A stretch of 28,329 nt of DNA from a virus (taxonomy: Duplodnaviria; Caudoviricetes), in IMG/VR virus record IMGVR_UViG_3300032136_000018, positions 1-28,329 of that record, one strand, 5' to 3'. The position numbers and the translations under genes were made by a program. Below, in pieces: positions 1 through 6,603 of the stretch. How positions within the stretch are numbered: the first letter of the stretch is position 1; each line of letters begins with the position of its first letter. The notes below the pieces were generated by a model. It was not told where the DNA came from. It did not search any database and saw only the letters and a list, made by a program, of their open reading frames with translations.

Positions 1-43
1 TGGCGACCGCTGCATTTCCTCGGGGGAGACTCAGCGGAGGTGA

Positions 44-1819
44 CTAGATGGACGTTCTCTCGTTGACGAAGATGATCGCCATTTCGTTCATGTGGTTCTC
101 GTTATCCACGAATGCCTGGAACGGGAAATCGTGGACGATCTGCTCAGGCCCACCGATCTGCGGTGTGGTGCCACTGTAGTAGATCTTCGGGAACAGGCAG
201 TGCTTCTGAGAATAGACCCAGTGACCCGTGGGTGCTGTGTCTGTTCCCTGACTGTCGATGCGATTCTGGTCTTCAACGCAGCGAACCTCAAAGAAGGCTT
301 CGTCGCCGTCGAGATAAGCGTTGTAGAGGACCACATCATCGAACTCGGTGTTGAACGTACCCTCAACCGTTCTCTGCTGCTCTGGCAGACCAGCACGGTA
401 TCTGTCACCAAGCTGGAACTTGTCAGCGAAGAGGTTGTTGTTGAGGGTCCAGCTCGCGGACAGCACCTCTTGGAAAGTGCCGTTGATGTAGATACCAGCC
501 TTGAAGCTGGTGAGCGGGTTGAGAGCTGGCGGCTCGGTGACGCTGGTTCCCCATGTAACCTGCGGCGCAACCGGAAGTGTCGCACTGTGATCGTACTCGA
601 TAGAACCAGTACCGGAACCTGGGACACCTGTGAACACACCACTGTAGGCGTTGTAGCCTGTGTAGGTGATGTCATTCTCGGACTCCATCTGCACCGTGCC
701 ACCGGAGAAGTTGAAGCCGATGATGTCACCGGTCTGGATGCGCCACTCATCATTGATGGTGTAACCTGTGGCAGCGACAAACTGCACAGACACACCATTG
801 CTGAGCAGCTGAGCAGCACCGGTCATGCTAACGCCAGTTGTCCAGGTCACACCGTCATCGTCTGACCAATCGAACTCGTCAGTAGCACTGGCTTTGATGC
901 GATAGGCAGTCGCTTCGTTACCAGTGAAGGTGCCACTGGCAACCAGATCGTCGAGGCCAGAGCCAACGACCATCACTGGCTGACTGATGTTGCCGCTGTT
1001 GGTCAGGGTGAAGTCAGTGAGCGTGAAGGTTGTGTCACCAGCAGTGACATCGGAAACCAGCTCGCCACAAACGTACTCACCCTTACCGATGAAGGAGAAC
1101 GTGCCTGTGCAGATCTCCTGTGCCGTGAAGGTGTTCTCCGCTGTGTTGACTTTGCAGCCACCGTACACGAAGAACGCCACGTCACGACCGATCTCCCATG
1201 TGAGGCCGATAGGAAGATCGCGCGCTGCTTCGATGTAGTGCGTGTAGACAGCATCCCAGAAGTCATCGGTGCCGATGTAGCTCTGGAAGACCCACGCACC
1301 CTTATGAAGCGCTTGCCCTGGATCGGCAATGGTGATGTCAGCACCACCTGAGTCCAGCGAAGAGTAGGTAACTGCCTGTGTGGCCAGAAGCCCATCGCTG
1401 TCCTTGTAGACAACTGTGAGCCCCCAATCCGTTCCAGGCGTCGCCTCGAACACGGTGTTGTCATCCACAGTCAGCGTCAGACCGGACGTGTAATCCGATG
1501 CGATCTGAGTGCGAACACCACCGTCCACCTTCTGCATGGTGACATGATCACCAAGCGCATGTTTGTACAGAGTTTCGTATCCCTGCGTGTTCTGCTCGAA
1601 AGCGAGATCACCCGAGATGTTGCTCACACCCTGGGCACGCTTCGAGATACCACGGCTGGGATCGATTTCCTCTGAAACGAGACTTGCGATCTCGTTGTTG
1701 AACGTTTCAGAAACGAAACCTACTCTGCGAGTAGGTGCAACTGGCTCGCCCCAAGCGACCTCTTCCCCATAGGAAGTTTGGCCACGGGCACCAATTGCAA
1801 TTCGACCGAGAGTACCCAT
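44..1819 (-). CDS. Major tail tube protein (Phage_tube_2-like) with inserted beta-domains
   Basis: 591 aa. The N-terminus (GEEVAWGEP...SETFNNE...GDLAFE), YTHYI, GCKVNT...F...C.GTFSFIGK and C-terminal (SWTLNNNL...RTVEGTF...F) motifs are typical of tail tube proteins. It follows the tail terminator, has an AGGAG SD and C/G-ending codon bias like the capsid gene. Confidence 0.8.
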   Translation of the reverse strand: MGTLGRIAIGARGQTSYGEEVAWGEPVAPTRRVGFVSETFNNEIASLVSEEIDPSRGISKRAQGVSNISGDLAFEQNTQGYETLYKHALGDHVTMQKVDGGVRTQIASDYTSGLTLTVDDNTVFEATPGTDWGLTVVYKDSDGLLATQAVTYSSLDSGGADITIADPGQALHKGAWVFQSYIGTDDFWDAVYTHYIEAARDLPIGLTWEIGRDVAFFVYGGCKVNTAENTFTAQEICTGTFSFIGKGEYVCGELVSDVTAGDTTFTLTDFTLTNSGNISQPVMVVGSGLDDLVASGTFTGNEATAYRIKASATDEFDWSDDDGVTWTTGVSMTGAAQLLSNGVSVQFVAATGYTINDEWRIQTGDIIGFNFSGGTVQMESENDITYTGYNAYSGVFTGVPGSGTGSIEYDHSATLPVAPQVTWGTSVTEPPALNPLTSFKAGIYINGTFQEVLSASWTLNNNLFADKFQLGDRYRAGLPEQQRTVEGTFNTEFDDVVLYNAYLDGDEAFFEVRCVEDQNRIDSQGTDTAPTGHWVYSQKHCLFPKIYYSGTTPQIGGPEQIVHDFPFQAFVDNENHMNEMAIIFVNERTSI

Positions 1820-1830
1820 GGATTACTCCT

Positions 1831-2358
1831 TTACGTCACGCCTCTCCTGGTTTGGTCTAAGGTTTGGACTCCAAGGCGTATGAGTCCACCTTCGTAAAGC
1901 TTGTCGCCTCGCGATCTGTACATGATTTCGCCGCCTCTTATCAACGCACCTTTCGAACTAAGCCCGTTTAAGTCCGAATTGCGTCTCAAGATTCTAGCGA
2001 TATCCCAGAGCGCATCTCTTATCTCGTGTTTTCTTATCTTATTTTTTGCTTCTGCGTGATAATAGAACACATTAATCTCAATTTCATACTCGACCGTTTG
2101 TGGATACCTTTGTCCCATAGTGGTAGGACCTTCGCTCCAGTCAGAAAAAGAAACTGCAATTGCTGGAGGCTTAGGAATCAAAATAACATCTTCATCAAAC
2201 ACTTCAGTATTTCTTCTTATGTGTTTCAAGTTTTGTTCTGGATCGTCTTTCAATTCTCTTCTGAGAACTTCAACAACATTGTCTACAACATCTCTGAACA
2301 TATTATCGCTCAAGATAATGTGTTCGTTTGGTCTAACTTGAGGATTTGTGAGGCCCAT
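1831..2358 (-). CDS. Tail terminator / tail completion protein
   Basis: 175 aa; PAIAV motif followed by an alternating beta strand and a helix ending LRRNSDLNG; lies immediately upstream of the tube gene. Confidence 0.65.
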   Translation of the reverse strand: MGLTNPQVRPNEHIILSDNMFRDVVDNVVEVLRRELKDDPEQNLKHIRRNTEVFDEDVILIPKPPAIAVSFSDWSEGPTTMGQRYPQTVEYEIEINVFYYHAEAKNKIRKHEIRDALWDIARILRRNSDLNGLSSKGALIRGGEIMYRSRGDKLYEGGLIRLGVQTLDQTRRGVT

Positions 2359-2364
2359 TTTATA

Positions 2365-2982
2365 TTATCCTTTTTTGCCGAACAGCTCTTCGGAGAGATT
2401 GCCTGTTTCACGAATCAACATCTCGAATATTTCATTCTGTTGCCAAACAAACAGTCTAAAAATACCAACTCTATCGTTTGTTCTTTCCATCAATGCAGCA
2501 TCAACCAAGTTAGGATAAAGTTCGTTCAATCCAGAAATGTCAACTTCAACTTCTGCGCGAACCCTTTGATCGTCGCCTTCAACTCTTCCTTGGTTTCCTT
2601 TCAGTCCACCAACAATTGTGTCATGCATTGTTCCGGTAGCAATCCAGTTGTCGTCATACATAACAGGAAGCCAAGCATCGCCTCTTCTTTGAGTGGTATA
2701 TCCTCTTTGTAAATACCCAGCTTCGCGCAATATCCTTGGATACATATTTACAGGATGTGTCATCAAAGTTCTTTTTGTTTCTCTCCATCTCCTGCTTGTT
2801 GGAATATGACTAATGAAATCCATATTTCTTTGAAGATGCTCAATCAATTTCTTTCTAATCTTTGGCCAACTAAAATCTTTGAACCCTTGCGCTCCTATAC
2901 TGTCTTCCAGTGTGCCGAACGCAGCTTCAGCAAACTTCAGCTCCTTAATAAATTGCTTTGCATTTGTAGTAATCTTGAACAT
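2365..2982 (-). CDS. Neck / virion morphogenesis protein (putative)
   Basis: Lies between adaptor and terminator; TGATG stop/start overlap with the adaptor; IATGTMHDTI resembles the L.DTG.L..SI motif of neck proteins. Confidence 0.5.
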   Translation of the reverse strand: MFKITTNAKQFIKELKFAEAAFGTLEDSIGAQGFKDFSWPKIRKKLIEHLQRNMDFISHIPTSRRWRETKRTLMTHPVNMYPRILREAGYLQRGYTTQRRGDAWLPVMYDDNWIATGTMHDTIVGGLKGNQGRVEGDDQRVRAEVEVDISGLNELYPNLVDAALMERTNDRVGIFRLFVWQQNEIFEMLIRETGNLSEELFGKKG

Positions 2983-4199
2983 CAATAGTATCCTGTATCA
3001 TCCTCTGTATCGATAGTTCTTGTTCCGTACACAGCATCGTAGCCTGGGAACAACAAATCCCAATCAAGCAATCCATCGTAACTTTGGTTTGATCTGCTAA
3101 AGAATATATCAATGTCTGGTCTTCTCAAACCTTTACCAACACCAACAACACCCTTACCATCGAACAGAGAGTCCTCTGTAATCCAACGAGGTGCTGTTTG
3201 AATTGCAGCTCCAGACTCAGGATCGAAGTATTCGGTGTACTTCTTGATGTATCCGCTGAGATATCTCATCGCCTGCTTTGCCCAGCTCGAAAGATCGTTG
3301 TCTCTCTGTAGCAATGCAGTCGTGATGTCGTTTATGTTGTTTGGCAAACCTGTAATGGCTTGCTCATTATATATAGTAGTGTAAATGAAGAATGCGGCAA
3401 AACGACAAGTAGCAGCTGACACTGCTTTTGGAACCGTCGATCTTGTAAATCTTAATCCATCCTCCATTGCTTCTGTGTATCCAATGTTTTCCTCGAGAAT
3501 AACATCAACAAGAATCTCTGCATCTCTGACAAATTGAATTGCATCAAAAATCGACATATGACTGTCTGTATCCCACTGAATTGTGTCGTCCACAACAGGA
3601 GTACCAGACCAATCAGAGTTATTAATTCTGATTGAGTTGTCATCTGCGATAAAGTCGGTGTTGATATCACCCGTTCCTATTTCTCTCTTTTCATAGGAAG
3701 ATTCTTCACCAATCTCGAGCTTGAATTCAGTAACACTTGTGAATGTTAATGTGTAAGGGTAGGTCCCAGAATAATCAGGACTGATTGACAGAGCAGCTAG
3801 CTTGATGTCACCTGAGTTATTGCTATCAGCTCTCAGATTCTTGTAGCTATCAGAGAAACGAATCGTTCCTTCGTAGTTTTGTGAGCGCAGCAGTCTACGC
3901 ACGTCTTCGAATTTACAGTACGTTACATTAGGAGTGTATGCTTGAATTGGTTGAGAGAAGACACTCTCTGTTCCATCTGTTTGGATATACTTCCACTTGT
4001 ACCAGTGATATTCTGAACCGTCCTCATCGCCATATTCATAATACGATTCGTTTTCACAGAGTTCAATACGTGAGTTTGAATCTGTGATTTTGACATACGT
4101 GCCCCACTTGGTCTCTGCACGGTAGACATCAATGTAGTCAAAATCACAAGCAGTAGTGCTTATGTCTTCAACATGAATTGGAACATTAACTAATGACAT
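2982..4199 (-). CDS. Head-tail adaptor (Mu gp36/SPP1 gp15-like core) with N-terminal Fn3-like domain and internal insertion
   Basis: Core motifs YCKFEDVRRLL, DAEILVDVIL, VPKAVSAATCRFAAFFIY, AKQAMRYL. Residues 1-88 look Fn3-like (DVYRA...GTY...Y.YGD...WYKW...ES.FS). Confidence 0.65.
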   Translation of the reverse strand: MSLVNVPIHVEDISTTACDFDYIDVYRAETKWGTYVKITDSNSRIELCENESYYEYGDEDGSEYHWYKWKYIQTDGTESVFSQPIQAYTPNVTYCKFEDVRRLLRSQNYEGTIRFSDSYKNLRADSNNSGDIKLAALSISPDYSGTYPYTLTFTSVTEFKLEIGEESSYEKREIGTGDINTDFIADDNSIRINNSDWSGTPVVDDTIQWDTDSHMSIFDAIQFVRDAEILVDVILEENIGYTEAMEDGLRFTRSTVPKAVSAATCRFAAFFIYTTIYNEQAITGLPNNINDITTALLQRDNDLSSWAKQAMRYLSGYIKKYTEYFDPESGAAIQTAPRWITEDSLFDGKGVVGVGKGLRRPDIDIFFSRSNQSYDGLLDWDLLFPGYDAVYGTRTIDTEDDTGYY

Positions 4200-5004
4200 T
4201 CGGAACCTCCGCTGGATTCCATCCGGCGTCTAACTTCTTCTGAACAGCATCATAACCGACTTGATAGATTTCCTCAATTTTCTTCTGTGTGATGTTCATA
4301 AAGTCCATTGAGTTCCATGGAACATGGATATTGACTGTTCTAGAAAACACATCTGCGTCTTCAATGTGCTTTCTTTCAATCTCTGCCATCATTGAACCAA
4401 GAACAGCAATAGATGCTTCAAAAGCATTCTTTGGTTTTTCTGGCTTTGATTCTACAGAAGAAAGCAGTCTAAAACCAATAGCTTTTTCACCAACTAGATC
4501 GATTGGATAGTTATTAACAACACCACCATCAGTAAAGAGAGTGCCATCAAAAGGAACAACATCGAAGAGAAACGGGACACTTGCTGACATCCTCACTGCT
4601 TTGGGGACACTCATGGTTGGAGTGTTGTCTGGGTTGAAGACTCTGGCTTCTTTCTTTGCCAAATCTGTAGCAACCACATAGAGAGGAATCAAACATTGAC
4701 AGAATTTCTTTGGTGCGTATTTCTTCAATGCTTTTTCAAGTCCTTTCAATGAATACAATCCCCAATGATCTTTGCAGAACATTCGCCAGTTAAAGGACAT
4801 CACCTTCTTTGGAAGGATCTCGAGCGCGATACCCAGGCAGTCCTTTGGCTTCATGCCATTCGCCACAGGGCTGAAGGCAACTGCACCAGCTGAAGTGCCC
4901 CACAGCTCAGATGGATAGATACCATGATCATTCAAGCACTGAAGAGCACCCCAATGAGCATAGAGCGTTGCACCACCACCAGCACCAACAATAGGAAGTT
5001 CCAT
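4186..5004 (-). CDS. Patatin-like phospholipase
   Basis: Gly-rich oxyanion loop GAGGG, nucleophile elbow GTSAG, AVRMSASVPFLF and catalytic DGG (TDGGVVNNYP) are all present and in order. Start overlaps the upstream stop (TGATG). Confidence 0.93.
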   Translation of the reverse strand: MELPIVGAGGGATLYAHWGALQCLNDHGIYPSELWGTSAGAVAFSPVANGMKPKDCLGIALEILPKKVMSFNWRMFCKDHWGLYSLKGLEKALKKYAPKKFCQCLIPLYVVATDLAKKEARVFNPDNTPTMSVPKAVRMSASVPFLFDVVPFDGTLFTDGGVVNNYPIDLVGEKAIGFRLLSSVESKPEKPKNAFEASIAVLGSMMAEIERKHIEDADVFSRTVNIHVPWNSMDFMNITQKKIEEIYQVGYDAVQKKLDAGWNPAEVPNVIS

Positions 5005-5372
5005 CACGCTTTCGCTTTCTTTACACCATTTAGGCTTAACGCCACACCATTGACTTCATCTTTTATTGTCATAATTCTTTGTGTGTGTTGAGTTGCAAAT
5101 TGAATCACTTCAGCTGGATCTTCTTCACCACGTTCTACTCTTTGTGTCCAAAGAAGCGCTTCAACAACTCCACGATCTACCTTACCTAATTGAATCAATG
5201 CTTCTCCCAACAAAAAATCTGTGTTCTCATCTTGAAATTCTAATGCAGCACGTAAATCATCTACATCTATAATTCCTGCTTTCAATAACAGATTGCCTAA
5301 TGAATGTTTGTCTTCTTTTGCCTTATTTCTATTTCTTTTACTGTTCTTTCTAGAAAATAAAAAATCAAACAT
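5004..5372 (-). CDS. Stand-alone MshEN-like (c-di-GMP-binding type) domain protein
   Basis: Two tandem 24-aa motifs, SLGNLLLKAGIIDVDDLRAALEFQ and LLGEALIQLGKVDRGVVEALLWTQ, match RLGxx(LVI)(LVI)xxG(LVI)(LVI)xxxxLxxxLxxQ; both lack the first Arg and the second has two further substitutions. AGGAG SD. Confidence 0.8.
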   Translation of the reverse strand: MFDFLFSRKNSKRNRNKAKEDKHSLGNLLLKAGIIDVDDLRAALEFQDENTDFLLGEALIQLGKVDRGVVEALLWTQRVERGEEDPAEVIQFATQHTQRIMTIKDEVNGVALSLNGVKKAKA

Positions 5373-5381
5373 CTTGTTCTC

Positions 5382-5738
5382 CTATTCACTATCTTTATCT
5401 GTTTCAGTGTTGCTTTCTAAAAGTTTTATCTCAGGTTTTCCTATCAATTTAAGCAACGATTCTTTCATGACACATATTCTTTGAAATTCAGTCTTCAGCT
5501 CTTCAAGTTTATGTTTAACTCCTGATAATGCTTCCTTCAAAGATGTCAGTGTCATTTCTGTTTTAACATTATTCTCTACTTGTGCTACTGCCAATCCTGT
5601 TCCTTCTTTTCTAAGTATCCTATTCTCTCTTCGTTCAAAAAACCAAAGCATTAAAAAAACTGCTGAAACTGCGTAAGGACCACCATCACGCAATATTCCA
5701 ACAAGTTCTTTCAAGACTCCTATAAATGTTTGGTTCAT
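5382..5738 (-). CDS. Single-TM + coiled-coil membrane protein (holin/hemolysin-like, putative)
   Basis: Hydrophobic segment GGPYAVSAVFLMLWFF followed by ERRENR and a heptad-rich helix, the layout of BhlA/XhlA-type phage membrane proteins. Confidence 0.5.
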   Translation of the reverse strand: MNQTFIGVLKELVGILRDGGPYAVSAVFLMLWFFERRENRILRKEGTGLAVAQVENNVKTEMTLTSLKEALSGVKHKLEELKTEFQRICVMKESLLKLIGKPEIKLLESNTETDKDSE

Positions 5739-5769
5739 TATTCATCCCAATCTCGCTATATGGGAAGCG

Positions 5770-5913
5770 TCACTTATCTTTCTTCTCGCTTGTCAACTCA
5801 TTACGCTTTTTTTGTATTAGCTTTGTCACCTCACGGCTACCAATTTTTTCATAAAGCTTCACCAGATTACCCGGTTTCACTTCTTTTCCGTTAACCATGA
5901 TCTTCTTAGTCAT
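5770..5913 (-). CDS. Small basic hypothetical protein (47 aa), not in the ORF track
   Basis: Manual translation gives MTKKIMVNGKEVKPGNLVKLYEKIGSREVTKLIQKKRNELTSEKKDK*. A GAGGT SD precedes the ATG, which is 3 nt after the upstream stop. It fills the gap in the operon. Confidence 0.6.
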   Translation of the reverse strand: MTKKIMVNGKEVKPGNLVKLYEKIGSREVTKLIQKKRNELTSEKKDK

Positions 5914-5916
5914 TGT

Positions 5917-6603
5917 CTACACCTCATACCATTTATAACGTACAGCCATATCTACATCTACACTACCAATAGACACATATGAAGCACGTAAATAGAGACC
6001 AGGAAATACATCTCCTTTGGATGTAACTTCAATATCTCCTTCATTGCGACCTTCATGCATATACTCAGTTTTAACGTATTTTTCTAACACAAGAACATCA
6101 ACACCAACTGTTAAACCATAGAGAGCAAATAAACCAAGAACATCGTCTTTATCTACGATACTAAATTCAGCATAGTCACCCTTCTCTGCATTCTCACACC
6201 AATATGTTCCACCCTGTACGTAGATTTGAGTTGTAACAAGAATATCAAAGAAGCTTTGCGCGCCAGCTGTAGCTAACCATTTATTTCCTTCAAAGTGCCC
6301 CTTAGCTCCCGCTGTGTCCATGTACGTCGGGGCCACGATCATTCGTCCTTCAGAACTCAACGGTTGAATAACTTCATAATTTTTGAAATTAGTCTCAAAA
6401 TCAGTAGCATCTGAACTACCTTTGTTAATTCCACAAATTCTACATACAGGACCATCGATAGCTATGATATTGTACGCTTCACCCTCATCGACCCAGACGT
6501 AGCGCAGGATGGCGTAGGTGCCGTCGAGCCACTTCTTGAACTCAACCCAGCCCTCGTCACTGTGGTCGATCTCGACCTGACTACGTATTTGGACTTTGGG
6601 CAT
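5917..6603 (-). CDS. Hypothetical, probably virion-associated beta-rich protein
   Basis: 228 aa, coupled to the upstream gene (TAATG overlap); beta-rich C-terminal half; no family recognised. Confidence 0.55.
   Translation of the reverse strand: MPKVQIRSQVEIDHSDEGWVEFKKWLDGTYAILRYVWVDEGEAYNIIAIDGPVCRICGINKGSSDATDFETNFKNYEVIQPLSSEGRMIVAPTYMDTAGAKGHFEGNKWLATAGAQSFFDILVTTQIYVQGGTYWCENAEKGDYAEFSIVDKDDVLGLFALYGLTVGVDVLVLEKYVKTEYMHEGRNEGDIEVTSKGDVFPGLYLRASYVSIGSVDVDMAVRYKWYEV

Noticed and set aside
7-37. CCGCTG/CAGCGG inverted repeat after the tail tube stop
   Set aside because: It may be a terminator, but the window ends before any U-tract can be seen.
4186-5004. Patatin as part of a CBASS (CapV) defence operon
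   Set aside because: No CD-NTase, Cap2 or Cap3 gene is in the window, and the gene is embedded in the virion operon.
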